A program made the position numbers and the translations under genes. A stretch of 64,000 bases of DNA from Octopus sinensis (lineage: Eukaryota). Below, one piece after another: positions 1-13,218 of the stretch. How positions within the stretch are numbered: the first letter of the stretch is position 1; each line of letters starts with the position of its first letter. The stretch spans positions 58,466,001 through 58,530,000 of the forward strand of contig NC_043006.1 of assembly GCF_006345805.1 (NCBI RefSeq). The letters run 5' to 3'. The notes beneath the pieces were generated by a model, which saw only the letters and a list, made by a program, of their open reading frames with translations, ran no database searches and had not been told where the DNA came from.

Positions 1-69
1 ATTATATTATAGTATGCTATATATTTAAATTTCCTTTACTATGTATTGTGAAGTGAAGAATACACAGAA

Positions 70-100
70 TCTATTATTATTATTATTATTATTATTATCA

Positions 101-161
<61 letters not shown>

Positions 162-183
162 TATCATCATCATCATTAATAAT

Positions 184-241
<58 letters not shown>
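70..241. repeat. (TAT/CAT)n then (AAT)n microsatellite, switching orientation near 176
   Basis: Directly visible; flanks the 5' end of the LINE fragment. Confidence 0.95.
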
Positions 242-1339
242 GGACTGCAAAAATATCTACTTCAGAAGGAAGGAAAACTGATACAAATAGCGGCAAAACA
301 CGAGTAAAACAAAAAACTGTTCTCAGTATTTAAGGAAGCTGACAAATACAAACAAGAAATCATACCACCTAATAAATATGAAGAAGAAGAAGAAGATGAA
401 GAAACAACAAAAGCTATAAAACAAATGAAATCCAAACTAAAAATAGAACAGCAACGAACCATGATAAAACGATGGCAAGAAAAGCCCTTTCGTGGTAAAT
501 ACTGGACTAAACTAAACGCAAAAGAAATAGACAAAGAAAAATCCCAGCAATGGTTGAGAAGCTCAGGACTCAAAGCAGAGACAGAGGGATTTTTAATTGC
601 AGCACAAGACCAAAGCCTCCCCACCAGAAATGACCAAAAACATGTAATGAAAAGAAATATAACAAGTAACTGCAGAATATGTGGAGATGGACAAGAAACA
701 ATAAATCATATTATCTCTGGCTGCCCAGTCCTAGCTAAGAAGGAATATATTCACAGACATGACAGAGTTGGAACCTACATACATTGGAAGCTATGCCAAC
801 ATTATGGAATAACAACAGAAAAAAGATGACATAGGCACACACCAGAAAAGGTCACAGAAAACGAGAAAGCAACCATACTCTGGGATATGCCGATACACAC
901 AGATAGAGAAATTAAGGCCAACAGACCAGATATAGTTGTCAGAGATCATGAAGAAAAAAATGCTTTCTAATTGATGTATCAATACCGGCAGATGACAACG
1001 TGTCTCTAAAAGAAATGGAGAAACTCTCAAAATACAAAGACCTGGAAATAGAGGTAACCAGAATTTGGAATCTAAAAACAGAAACAATTCCTATCATAGT
1101 AGGTGCATTAGGCATGATAAAAAAATATTCAGACAAATGCATAACAAAAACACCAGGACTTACAAACACATATAACATACAGAAAATTGCACTACTAGGC
1201 ACTGCACACATCCTACGCAGAACACTTGCCATACAATACCCATCAGAGCATCACAACAAATCACAGCACATACCTAAGGCACACAGAGCTGCGCTCAGTA
1301 GTGAAGTGAAAGCACGCTATAAAAATAAAACTACTGAAT
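242..1339 (+). mobile_element. 5'-truncated R4/Dong-clade non-LTR retrotransposon, CCHC and restriction-like endonuclease region, disrupted
   Basis: Translates to CRICGDGQETINHIISGC, RHDRVG, ILWDMPIHTDREIKANRPDIV, IDVSIP, EKLSKYKDL, IIVGALG, with in-frame stops; (TAA)n on both sides. Confidence 0.9.
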
Positions 1340-1361
1340 GATAATAATAATAATAATAATA

Positions 1362-1402
<41 letters not shown>

Positions 1403-1547
1403 TATTATATGTGTACTCATGGATATGGATGTATATGTACGCTCCAGTATATATATAATTGTCTATATGCTTGTACGTATGTTTAATTATGTTTATTTAT
1501 ATATTTATATATTTATGTACACGTATATGTGTATATATTTGCTTATG

Positions 1548-1588
<41 letters not shown>

Positions 1589-1670
1589 AGATATATATTT
1601 ATATATATATATTAAATTGTGCGTGTATCTTGTTTCATGTATATACTTATATTTTGAACGTACTTTATAA

Positions 1671-1795
1671 TCTCTGACGAGGCCTATGGATATATATAAG
1701 TACCTCATTTTTAACTGCCTACCACCTCAATACACTTGACATGTATAGGCACAATAAGTTACTTTTTTCCATAGGCTGAAACAGCTGTAAGGGAC
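1671..1795 (+). ncRNA. Type-I hammerhead ribozyme motif, canonical core, long stem II insert
   Basis: CTGACGA 1674-1680; stem II GGCCTATGG (1681-1689) / CCATAGGCT (1769-1777); GAAAC-AGCT-GT-A 1778-1789; short stem I TCT/AGG. Confidence 0.75.
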
Positions 1796-2169
1796 TTTAA
1801 TGATTTTAATAATTTATATTAATGCTTTTTTAAATAACCTCTTTTATTCTTATCTTATATGCATTGAATTTTATATTGTATAAATGTATGTTATTATGGC
1901 TGTCGTTTTGATAAATAAATAAGTCAGCAGTCTAATATCCTAAAGCTGATAAACCAACTAAATTGTTTCTCCATTTTCTTATTTGTAATATAAATTATTG
2001 GTAAAATATTTCTTTACCTTCACCCATTTAATATAATAAGTAAGTTTATTGCATTGCAATTAAAAACACTTGTGTATTAATAATTTGGGTATTATACTAA
2101 CAGTATATTGGATAAGTATTATCCCTTAGTGGGTTGGATCCACAACCTCTAACTTACTTGGTGTTCTAC

Positions 2170-2233
<64 letters not shown>

Positions 2234-2234
2234 C

Positions 2235-2465
2235 GGGAAGTTTTATGAAAATAAACAAAAGACGAAGGCAGGTGGAAAACAAACGAACAATTGTATTAGT
2301 ATGGCGCTCAGGAAATATAAATAAAACAAGTCTTTAACGTTTCGAGCCTACGCTCTTCAACAGAAAGATACACAGAGAGAGAAAAACACAGAAAGAAGGA
2401 GAGAAAAAAAATGCGTGCAGTAGCTAACGGATCAACATGGCGATCTGATTTCGGCCAGAGGTCAA
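2235..2465 (-). mobile_element. Penelope-like LTR fragment (family P1) with hammerhead motif at 2331-2368
   Basis: Minus strand TCTTT-CTGTTGA-A-GAGC GTAG GCTC-GAAAC-GT-T-AAAGA; related copies near 19.8, 25.1, 35.3, 43.7 and 44.9 kb; abuts (TA)n. Confidence 0.7.
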
Positions 2466-3321
2466 AGATCAAACATGAGATGCGAGAGCGAAATAAGGGG
2501 AGATAATAGGGTTGATAAAAGGGTTGAGGGACCAGCTAAAAGTGCGTGGGAGGGGTCTGGATGTGTGTATGTATAGGGTTGGTGTATGTATTAGTATGTA
2601 TAAGGGTGTGTGTGTGTGTGTGTGTGTGTATGAGAGAGTATTAGTGCGTAGGATTGGTCTGGACGTGCGTATGTATGGGGTTGGTGTATGTATTAGTATG
2701 TATTAGTATGTATTAGTACGTATTGGTATGTATAGGTGTGTGTGTGTGAGAGAGTATAAGTGCGTATGCGGGGTCTGGACGTGTGTATGTATAGGGTTGG
2801 TGTAAGTATTAGTATGTACTAGTATGTATTAGTACGTATTAGTATGTATTAGTTGGTGTGTGTATTAGTATGGCACATCATATGTGATGTGGTGTGTAAA
2901 GTCATGTGGTGTAGTGAGGAGAAGAGGGGGAGGGGGCGAAGAGGGGGGGAGAGAAGGGGAGGGGAAGAAGAGGGGGAGGAGAAGGGGGAAGAGGAGAGGA
3001 TGGGGGAGAAGGAAGGGGAGAGAGGGAGCAGAGGGAAGGGGAAGAGGGAGGGAGAAAGAGGGAAGAAGGGAAGGGGAGTAGGGGTGAAAGGACTGAAGAA
3101 GTAGGGGTCGGGGGGAGAAAGGATAGGTGAGGGGGGGTTAGATGAGGAGGGGGGGAGAGTTGAGACCAAATGGCGTATAAGAGCGAAGAGAGAAGATTAA
3201 ATATATATATACATATTTATAATAGGATTAGCTCGTATACGAGTAGGTATATATTTGTAAAAAATGAAGTTCGAAAATGCTGCTATATTATACAAATTTT
3301 TAATTTTTATATATACATTAT

Positions 3322-3355
3322 AACATGTTTCGGTTCTTGAAATGAACCTTATCAA
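3322..3355 (-). ncRNA. Hammerhead motif with U3-A8 core (left arm of foldback)
   Basis: Minus strand TTGATAA-GGTTC ATTTCAA GAACC-GAAAC-AT-GT-T; proximal stem I weak. Confidence 0.6.
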
Positions 3356-3639
3356 AAATAGTTATATATAAAAAAAGATAGTTCATGCTATCAAATATAA
3401 AAAAATCATTTATAATACACAATAGAGTCAGACATCAAAAAGTTCATATATAGTGCGAAGTGAGTTCGTTCATGCTATATGTTTAAAGTGTCTGATGCAG
3501 TGGTTCATAGTGGTGATATGCAGTCAATATAAAAAATTGATGTTCCTGAAAGAGCGAGGAATTTTACCTTTGAGCAACTGTGATGACTTATGGTCGGTGT
3601 TCGCTGGATGATTCTGGCAAACCTTGTGAATTGTTCGGG

Positions 3640-4470
3640 TTTTATAACACCTGTTAGCTGGTCAGTCCAGCGTAACGTGACGTCATCAACGTTTTGACCA
3701 ATCGTTTCGTTAGGTGGCTTAGTCAAGCAGAACGGGACGTCATCAACATTCTGACCAATCGCGACCTATAGCTGTATTAGAACTGCCTCTTGTCTGTATC
3801 CTGTTTTGACCAATCGTTTCGTTAGGTGGCTTAGTCAAGCAGAACGTGACGTCATCAACGTTTTGACCAATCGTTTCGTTAGGTGGCTTAGTCAAGTAGA
3901 ACGGGACGTCATCAACATTCTGACCAATCGCGACCTATAGCTGTATTAGAATTGCCTCTTGTCTGTATCCTGTTTTGACCAATCGTTTCGTTAGGTGGCT
4001 TAGTCAAGCAGAACGTGACGTCATCAACGTTTTGACCAATTGTTCCGTTAGGTGGCTTAGTCAAGTAGAACGAGATGTCATCAACATTCTGACTAATCGC
4101 GACCTATAGCTGTATTAGAACTGCCTCTTGTCTGTATCCTGTTTTGACCAATCGTTTCGTTAGGTGGCTTAGTCAAGCAGAACGGGACGTCATCAAAATT
4201 CTGATCAATCACGACCTGTAGCTGCATTAGATCTACCCCTTGTCTGTCTAAATTTTTTTATGAAATACAGTTCTTTATTTTTTGTAGAACGAGATGTCAT
4301 CAACATTCTGACCAATCGCGACCTATAGCTGTATTAGAACTGCCTCTTGTCTGTATCCTGTTTTGACCAATCGTTTCGTTAGGTGGCTTAGTCAAGCAGA
4401 ACGGGACGTCATCAAAATTCTGACCAATCACGACCTATAGCTGTATTAGATCTGCCCCTTGTCTGTCTAA
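3640..4470 (-). promoter_or_regulatory. Tandem array of CCAAT and CRE-like (TGACGTCA/GGACGTCA) motifs ending in a TATA box
   Basis: Alternating ~47- and ~55-bp units containing GACCAATC and (T/G)GACGTCATC; TATAAAA on minus strand at 3640-3646. Promoter function is inferred. Confidence 0.5.
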
Positions 4471-4789
4471 ATTTTTTTATGAAATACAGTTCTTTATTTT
4501 GGCGTTATTTTGTATTTCCTAAAAAAATTTAGACCTAGTTTAAACACCCTGGGCCAGGAATATTAAAACAAAAGATAGGTCCTCCGAAAAGGAGAAGCAA
4601 AATTCCACCACGGCCGCTACCTTAAACAGTCACTCACACTGACGGAAATATGCCTTAGGAAAAAAAGGAAAAAAAACTTATAAAAAGATCTCTTCGAACA
4701 AATCTAACCCTGATGGACTGGCCACATACGATACAGCTAAGGGTCAGACCCGATTCTGATTGGTCAACACGTTAATGACGTCTAGTTCT

Positions 4790-5338
4790 GCTAGACTGGA
4801 CAGGATACAGACAAGGGGCAGATCTAATACAACTATAGGCCGGGACTAGTCAGAATATTGATGACGTCCCTTTCTGCTTGACTAGTCACCCAACAGGATA
4901 CAGACAAGGGGCAGATCTAATACAGCTATAGGTCGTGATTGGTCAGAATTTTGATGACGTCCCGTTCTACTTGACTAAGCCACCTAACGAAACGATTGGT
5001 CAAAACAGGATACAGACAAGAGGCAGTTCTAATACAGCTATAGGTCGCGATTGGTCAGAATGTTGATGACGTCTCGTTCTACTTGACTAAGCCACCTAAC
5101 GAAACGATTGGTCAAAACGTTGATGACGTCACGTTCTGCTTGACTAAGCCACCTAACGAAACGATTGGTCAAAACAGGATACAGACAAGAGGCAGTTCTA
5201 ATACAGCTATAGGTCGCGATTGGTCAGAATGTTGATGACGTCCCGTTCTCCTTGACTAAGCCACCTAACGGAACGATTGGTCAAAACGTTGATGACGTCG
5301 CGTTACGCTGGACTGACCACCTAACAGGTGTTATAAAA
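4790..5338 (+). promoter_or_regulatory. Mirror CCAAT/CRE array ending in TATAAAA (5332-5338)
   Basis: Reverse complement of the left array; GATTGGTC and TGACGTC repeats. Confidence 0.5.
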
Positions 5339-5670
5339 CCCGAACAATTCACAAGGTTTGCCAGAATCATCCAGCGAACACCGACCATAAGTCATCACAG
5401 TTGCTCAAAGGTAAAATCTAAAATGAATTTCTCGCTCTTTCAGGAACATCAATTTTTTTATATTGACTGCATATCACTACTTTGATCTATTTTTTATATT
5501 GAATGCATATCACCACTATGAATCACTGCATCAGACACTTTAAATATATAGCATGAACGAACTCACTTCACACTATATATGAACTTTTTGATGTCTGACT
5601 CTATTGTGTATTATAAATGAATTTTTTATATTTGATAGCATGAACTATCTTTTTTTATATATAACTTTTT

Positions 5671-5704
5671 TTGATAAGGTTCATTTCAAGAACCGAAACA
5701 TGTT
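5671..5704 (+). ncRNA. Hammerhead motif with U3-A8 core (right arm of foldback)
   Basis: TTGATAA 5671-5677, GGTTC/GAACC stem II, GAAAC-AT-GT-T 5695-5704. Confidence 0.6.
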
Positions 5705-5828
5705 ATAATGTATATATAAAAATTAAAAATTTGTATAATATAGCAGCATTTTCGAACTTCATTTTTTACAAATATATATACATATATATACATGTATATA
5801 TATACATATATATATATACATATATATC

Positions 5829-5864
<36 letters not shown>

Positions 5865-5866
<2 letters not shown>

Positions 5867-6045
5867 TAATCCAAACAAGAAAACAAAAAAGACAACAATT
5901 AAAGTATTATTAGGCGCTCAGGAAAAAAGGGAAGAAGGAGGGTATGACGTTTCGAGCGGAGCTCTTCGTCGGAAACATAGGAGAAAGAAAGATCCCGAGG
6001 TGGGAGGACAGAGGGAAAAAAATGCAAGTGGTCTCACGAGGTCAA
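5865..6045 (-). mobile_element. Penelope-like LTR fragment (family P2) with hammerhead variant at 5941-5975
   Basis: Minus strand CCGACGA-A-GAGC TCC GCTC-GAAAC-GT-C; abuts (TA)n; relatives at 17.2 and 53.5 kb. Confidence 0.65.
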
Positions 6046-6232
6046 CATATATATATGCATATATATATATACACATATATATATGAAACAGAAGTAGTAT
6101 AATATATCAATATATGTTATATAGTGAAAACATTGTCTGGTATAGAAAACAACACTCTGGGTAGAGCGGAACAACACTTCACGTAAGGGTGAAACCGAGA
6201 GTGACTGTCAAGTTTGATATATGTGTGTATGA

Positions 6233-6277
<45 letters not shown>

Positions 6278-6371
6278 ATATATATATACATAATACATAC
6301 ATATATATATTGTGTGTGTGCATGTATGTATGTATGTATGTAAATACATATACATGTACATATTTATATAC

Positions 6372-6960
6372 ATATCATGTTGGAACATGGAGTGTCTTCC
6401 TAGTTCTTTGATGCTTTCCAACATTGTTTTCTGCAATATGCCACAATAAAACCTTGAATCCATTCTTCTCTCAATAAATGTGAGTCCTCCCACACCAGCT
6501 GCACTCATGCATCCCCAAAGCATAACACTTCTGCCGCCGTGTTTCATGGACGGCATGGTGCATTTGTTGCTATCAACTTCACCTGATCGTCGCCATACTC
6601 GTTTAATACCATCTGACCAAACATGTTGATTTTATTCTCGTCAGAAAAAAAATAGATTTTTTCCCCAAACTCCTTCCCCTTACTCACATAGGTTTCGGCA
6701 AAGGAAAGACGACTTGATTTATGCCTGGTAGTGAGGAGAGGCTTCCTACGAGTAATGCGTCCATGAAGACCACACTGATTCAAACTTCGGCGAACTGTTG
6801 GGGCCGATGCACTCTTTCCACTAACAGAAGACACTTCTTGGACCAAAGACGAAGCGGTACGACGCCTGTCATCCACCATGCAACGTTGGATGTGGTGAAT
6901 ATCATGCGCAGTTAAAATAGAAGGACGACCTAGACGATGTTTTTTGCTTAACTGTCCAGT
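6372..6960 (-). pseudogene. Tc1-family transposase remnant
   Basis: TVRRSLNQCGLHGRITRRKPLLT, FSDENKINMFG, KHGGRSVMLWGCMSAAGVG, MFQHD across frameshifts. Confidence 0.9.
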
Positions 6961-8375
6961 AGCTTTATACTCCTGAATTACTTTGGCAACTGTGTTTACG
7001 CTAATATGTACCCGTTTGCTAATTAACTTCTATCCTAAGAAACTCTTGTGCAAATTAAAAATAATTTTCTTCAAATCTTCAAACAATTCTTTTCCTTTTG
7101 GTGTTATTTTAATCACAATAGAGAAGATTTTCACTACGGTACACAAATCAGAATTCCTTCAGATACAATGACCGGTGCAAAAATGGCAGGAGAAATAATT
7201 TATTAGAATTGAATTATCAGTAATATCTGGATTTAGTACAAAAAGCGGATAAAATATTGAATATAGCAAATTTCCTGTAGGATGCACATATTTTTATAAC
7301 GTTTGAAAATTAATATTTCGTTTATTTCTTTGAAAATGTTTCTTGCTTTGTGTTCCAAGTATGTATAATGTTTGTTATGTATAATATATTTTATTCAGTA
7401 TAAATTTCGTTTGATTTCCTTCGATACTATCAGAGTAATGGCAATTTTACTGAATTTTTTTAGGAGTGTACAAACTTCTGTGTGAGATAAAGTGAGAGGG
7501 GACGGCCATGAATTGGAATTTTGCAAATGATATGCAAATAAAAGTTTTAATTACATTGAAACTCGATATTGAAATTTAAGAGAAATGACATAGATCTTAA
7601 GTACTAAACAACGATCATTACATACATCATATTTATGCATACATACATAACAACACATTTAAAACGCTGTCTGTTACAATGTGTCTTTATGACTCGGATT
7701 TTTGCAATAGTTGGCTTATCAGGTAACGTCATGACCCAATGATTCAGTGACGCTTGAAAGTCAATCGTAATGCAAAAAAATGTAACCTCCAGCTCTGAAT
7801 ATATGAATGAATAAATCAATAAAGAAGTATGTATATAATTATCGGTATGTGTATTATTTTTTTGCAGCTAGTGTCAACAACAACAACATCACGTATTTAA
7901 TAAGCTCTTTAATGAAAAACGTGACGAGTTAAAAGAGCGATTGTAAATAATGTGCCTTATATTTCCCTCGGGTAAACATTATTACAATTCACACTTCGCC
8001 ATTATAGTGCAACTGAAATAAATAATGAAAGAAAATAAACAAACACACAAACAACATACCAGCAAATCAATAGATCATTGGCTTCTTATCATTTCATCTA
8101 GGCTTTCTTTTTTAACTTCTTTTCTTATTTCTCTATCATCTTCAAGTTTACAGACGACGATGTATTTAGTATATACGTGCGTGTGTAGATAGGTGTATGT
8201 ATTAATAGTATATAGTATATGTACATTTGTATATATGTGTGTTTGTGCGAGCATATATTATGGACTCTTCAGATGTGTATTTATTTTAACGTATCGTACA
8301 CACTGTCGCAGCTGTCTTTGAAGCTTAAGTATAAATTATATTTATTATCATCACTGTTTTTCAGGTAACTGTGTA

Positions 8376-8384
8376 TATATAAAG
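8376..8384 (+). promoter_or_regulatory. Candidate TATA box of the peptide gene
   Basis: TATATAAAG about 105 bp upstream of ATG 8483. Confidence 0.5.
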
Positions 8385-8482
8385 AGATAGTTTGGATCAT
8401 ACGATATTGGTATTGACTACTGAAGGAAAATAAGTCCTTTCATTTCACATCGTCATCGTGGTCTCGCAGTAAATCTGAAGAC

Positions 8483-8633
8483 ATGAAAGCCGTCATCTTA
8501 ATTTTATGTGTGATAGCCATCTCCCTAACAGAGGCCTATTACTATAGGCATGGTGGTTATCGCCGTATGTACAGACCCCCGAAACCCCCTGTTCCACCAA
8601 TTAATCCACCAGTTCCACCACCAGTTAATCCAA
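8483..8633 (+). CDS. Exon 1 of a small secreted Pro/Arg/Tyr-rich peptide
   Basis: MKAVILILCVIAISLTEA is signal-peptide-like (basic, hydrophobic, T-E-A end), then YYYRHGGYRRMYRPPKPPVPPINPPVPPPVNP; phase-1 donor GTAAGT at 8634. Confidence 0.8.
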
Positions 8634-8779
8634 GTAAGTCTTTAGCCTCGGCAACTATCTTCATATTATACACACATATATACATACATGCATACATACA
8701 ACACAAACGCAGGCACAGACACACACACATACATGTACATATATATTCATTCATCTATGCGCGTTTATGTACATATATA

Positions 8780-8855
<76 letters not shown>

Positions 8856-8984
8856 TGTGAGTGTATGAATGCATGTTCTCTTTCTCTTACTCATTTTAAT
8901 TTAGAGTAAATTTTGACCAGCCACCTACTTCATAGCAAGAGTGTGAAAGAAAGTATCTTGTTTTAACCATCATCCTTTACTTCT

Positions 8985-9910
8985 TAAGAAGGTCTTGCAG
9001 ATTTTTATAGTTTCAGATATTGTGATCGTTTGTAGCATAGGAATTAAGGATTTGCATCTCTCCCTAAGATTCCAAGATCAGCCATACTTTGCAGCAGACT
9101 GGCTGGTATATCATGTTGCTCAAGTAATAATGGGTATGAAGCTGAAAGTGTATATTGGGTTCTGGATTGGCAAACTCCTTATCAATGGTCCATACATGTC
9201 CTCTTTTTCATGCTTCTTTATAACCACCATCGTGTCCAAAGGGCAGCTGATTTCCTCAACAGAACAAGTCTTTTCTTTGTGGTCCCACACAACGATATCT
9301 AGCCGGTTGCGTTTTAACTTGGTGGCTGTTTTAATTTTTAAGTTCCACCAAATATTCTTTTGACCTCTCGATGTCAATATAGTAGACTTCGTTTGTATTT
9401 TCAGTTTTGTTATCCTGTTCCAGATTGTTCTAGCCACCGTATCATGCCCCGTGGGAAAATATTATTTGAAAGACATTCTCGCGCAGTTGACAATAACGTG
9501 GTTGATCTCTTCGGTCTTCAGTCTTAGCCTATATTTACTGTCGGTCAACGTTTTCTGCCTTTTATGCTGTAGATGTTTGGTGGAGATACATATTCTAGAA
9601 TTGAATGGATGTAGCCTTCAAAGTGGGATATCATAAACTTGTCGGTACACCATGTCAAGCTTTTCACATGATCAATCCCTTCTATCGTTTGTGTTTTACA
9701 TGCCAAGTACCCATGTGCTATCTTATCAGTGAAGTGGTCCTTTTTTTCTGTTGTTCTGATAAATAGATTTTAACAACCCTCCTTGGAGAAAGATCTGTAG
9801 CAGCTCTTATTTTATGCCTCTCCTGAAGTTCATTAGCAATCCTAATTATGGTGTTGGTTTCATGGTCACAAACCTTGGCAAGATAGTTACGGGTCTCTTT
9901 TCTCTGCAAA
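8985..9910 (-). mobile_element. Degenerate REL-type (R4-like) LINE 3' region
   Basis: RHDTVARTIWN, KLKRNRLDIVVWD, EISCPLD, KEDMYGPL, TISETIKICKTF; interrupted by stops and frameshifts. Confidence 0.75.
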
Positions 9911-10840
9911 TCGTTCTGGTTTGGTCAGCCCGAGACTATAGTAGATGACACTTGCCCAAGGTGTCATGCAACAAACTATGTTCTTGGTAAACAGACTTCT
10001 TACCACACAGCCATATTTGTACATATGTGTTCTCTTTCTGTTTCTAATGTAGAATAAATTTTGACTGGCCACCTACTTAGTAAGCAAGGTTGTGAAGGTG
10101 TGATGCTAAATACGTGTGGCAATGCTACTGGTTTCACGATGAAAACAGGACTTATCTACAAGTCCGCGAACCCGAGGGCCTTCAAAAACTGGTTCATCCA
10201 ATGCTTCATCCCTCAAGCAAAAGACTTAGTAAATTAAATCAAATTAACTTAATACAATACAGTCAGGTCTTTTTTATGCGTGAAAATCTAATATAAATAA
10301 CACGGTTTCACCCGTTGGTATTTTTGTAATATTTGGTTCTCAGAAATCTGAGTTAAATAGACCTAACCCTTTACCTTATTCTCCCATACAGCCCTAAGCT
10401 GCCCAGGAAATGTAGGCGGTAAATTGCTTTTTTGCTCTCCAAACTGTCTCAAACCGAGCTTTGTTCCTGTAAGCGGAGTCCCTGGATGTTATGCTGGATT
10501 AACTTGTTGCACTCAAGTATAAAAAATTATGTAAGTAAAATATGTATATTTTAACATTTGGGCTGCCATGCAATCAAACCTAGTAAAAGCATTAAGAGAA
10601 ACCTTTGTTTCTCTTAATGCTTTTGCTCTTCTTTAATAAAGGCTGTATCCCGAAATCTTACATTCTCTTGTTCCTTCCGTTCACGTATTATTTTTATTGT
10701 CCACTTCTATTTCTAATGTTTTACATTCACATGTTTTTCTCGTCTAATTCCATGCATTATTTGTTTGTCAACTCATTGCCATATAATCTTACTAGTTTTT
10801 TTGTGATTTTATCTACATATGTAATATAATATACATACAT

Positions 10841-11045
10841 GTTTCCCGGATTCTATGGCGTATATATTCCTCACTGGACGGACTGCCCGACCGTCGCAGG
10901 ATTATTCAAATTTACCAGCTAGCTAGGCTGGAGCAACGTAATATGATGTACTTTCAACAAGAACACAACGTGTCGGCCGGACCAGGAATCGAAATCACGA
11001 TCGTATGCTCATGAGTGCAGCACCCTAACCACTAAGCCATGCGTT
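10841..11045 (-). mobile_element. tRNA-type SINE (family C)
   Basis: A/B-box-like head (TGGCTTAGTGG, TTTCGATTCC) on the minus strand; related to 15250-15480. Confidence 0.7.
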
Positions 11046-11059
11046 TGTACGCACACACA

Positions 11060-11107
<48 letters not shown>

Positions 11108-11917
11108 CACACACATACAAACAAACATGCACACAAACATGCACACATACACACAGATGCGTAAACATATATGCATACATTTAGACAACAATGAAGGTAT
11201 CAAGTGTTGGTAAGATACTTTAAGTATGTACGTACCGAATCCAATTTAAACCGTAGATCTAACTCTGGTGTTGGTTTCAGGTTATATATGTATAGTAGAA
11301 GAAAACACAGAGTTGATTCAGCTATAAGAAAATTTGAAACACATCTGACCATTATATTTTTCACCAAAGGTCAACTATTCAAATGGAACCAACAGGAGGA
11401 CACTTTCACAAGCACTTCTTAAAACACTCCTTAAACATCTCGCCACATCCCAACTCCAACCCTCAATCAACTATCTTGTTTTTACCATTCACTGTTTTCT
11501 TTGAGCTCTTGTTCATAAAAACTCCTTCACTCTCACACTTATTATTAACAAGCCCCAGCCCCCACTCCAGACACCCAAATCTCTTATATGTAGAATCACA
11601 CAACACAACAAACCCTCAGATCAGTTTGACAACCGCCACCGACGAATGCGAGAAAGTTCTCCAGAAAAGTTAACAAAGAATCTTTGATATATCTCCCCAC
11701 CGAAGTTAACAAAGTACCTACTAGACCTACAAGCTAAACGGTAAAATTATATTATTAGAAAATTAAATTGATTACAACTACTAGTGAAGTCATTCTTTTC
11801 CTTTTTCAAGTATATATATATATAGAGAGAGAGAGATTCAAATGAATATGGTACTTAAGTTAGATGCATCAGAATTTTGTAGGGTGTTATCCATATAAAT
11901 CCATGGGGTGATTATAA

Positions 11918-12345
11918 TCAAAATAAGCAACAAGTATATCTTCGGTAATTTGGTACGATCGTTTCACGCTACATCATTCTATTAAACATTGTAAGTATTA
12001 CAACAGTTTTAAAATGTTGAGCAATCATCAGCCATCTATAGAGGTTTTCCATTAATACATATTTTCATATTAATTGATAACATTATAAAGAGGATAGATA
12101 TATAGACAGAGATGTCGATTTGAATTTTAAGAACATTAAGGTAATAAAATTTATCTTCTGACTGAAGAATATTCTTTAAGTTATGTATTATGTATGAAAA
12201 TATGTATTAATGGAAAACCTCTATAAAGGGCTGATGATTGCTCAACATTTTAAAACTGTTGTAATACTTACAATGTTTAATAAAACGATGTAGCGTGAAA
12301 CGATCGTACCAAATTACCGAAGATATTCTTGTTGCTTATTTTGAG
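11918..12345. repeat. Palindrome with ~150-bp arms, each carrying a hammerhead motif (11951-12034 minus, 12228-12311 plus)
   Basis: CTGATGA 12231-12237; U.U then TGCT/AGCG stem II with insert; GAAAC-GATC-GT-A 12297-12308; mirrored on the minus strand. Confidence 0.75.
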
Positions 12346-12817
12346 TATATTTATATATATATATATATATTATATATATATATATATATATATTAATGAG
12401 TAACAGGAAGATACAGGTGTCAATCCATTACGGCCGTTTCCAACGACTCCTTTGATTGGTTAATGAAAACATTACATTTTTGTAAAGAAACCGTTTTCGT
12501 CAGATGAATTCATGAACTTCAGAATAAAGGACATGATTTAACATAGTTTAAAACCCACGGAGCAAAAACATTCACATTGATTCTGCTACTTTTTCAGTTG
12601 GCAGAAAGGATTTATCAGAATAGTGTATATTTGGTCAGAACAGAGAAATTTAGGGGTTAGTAGAGGGAAGGAATAATTGACTCTAGTGACCCAGATACCT
12701 ATACTTCTAACAAGAAAGGAGGGCGCGGCTCCAATAGTCCAGATTTATTTATTCAGAAGTTGTTTAATGCCTACTGGTCAGTGGTAAGAAAATGAATTGT
12801 GCTCACTTATTTGGTGG

Positions 12818-12878
<61 letters not shown>

Positions 12879-13086
12879 ATGTATGTATGCATGTATGTAT
12901 GTGTGTATGTGTGTGTATGCGTTTGTGTGTGTGTGTGTGTGTGCGTGCACGCGTGTGAGTATGAACGAGGATGATCGAACGAGGTAAAAAGATGGTGACA
13001 GTTTTATAGCGTTCTGCTGCTCTCACGTTTATCTTCTTTTCTCTCACTTGAGTGACAAAATATCCGCTTGATTTCAAAGCCTATGA

Positions 13087-13161
13087 TTTTTGTACGTTAT
13101 CAACGCTAATATTAGCTATAAACTAATTTCGATATGTGATTTGAAATTATATAGTCGTTTG

Positions 13162-13218
<57 letters not shown>

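Larger units (their letters stand above)
3250..5775. mobile_element. About 2.5-kb foldback element: two inverted arms of about 1.2 kb with internal tandem arrays, probably a Penelope-like 3' end plus inverted pseudo-LTR
   Basis: 3250-3700 is the reverse complement of about 5290-5775; arrays 3680-4470 mirror 4790-5300; unique core about 4490-4790. Confidence 0.85.

Noticed and set aside
39-307. Poly-Leu/Ile ORFs, and the many IYIY, CVCV, HTHT and YLSI ORFs across the window
   Set aside because: Translations of microsatellites.
3680-5300. CRISPR-like regular repeats
   Set aside because: Eukaryotic context, no unique spacers and no cas genes; these are tandem units of two types.
8472-8500. CTGAAGA-CAT-GAAAG at the peptide start codon
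   Set aside because: No stem II or stem III pairing; chance match.
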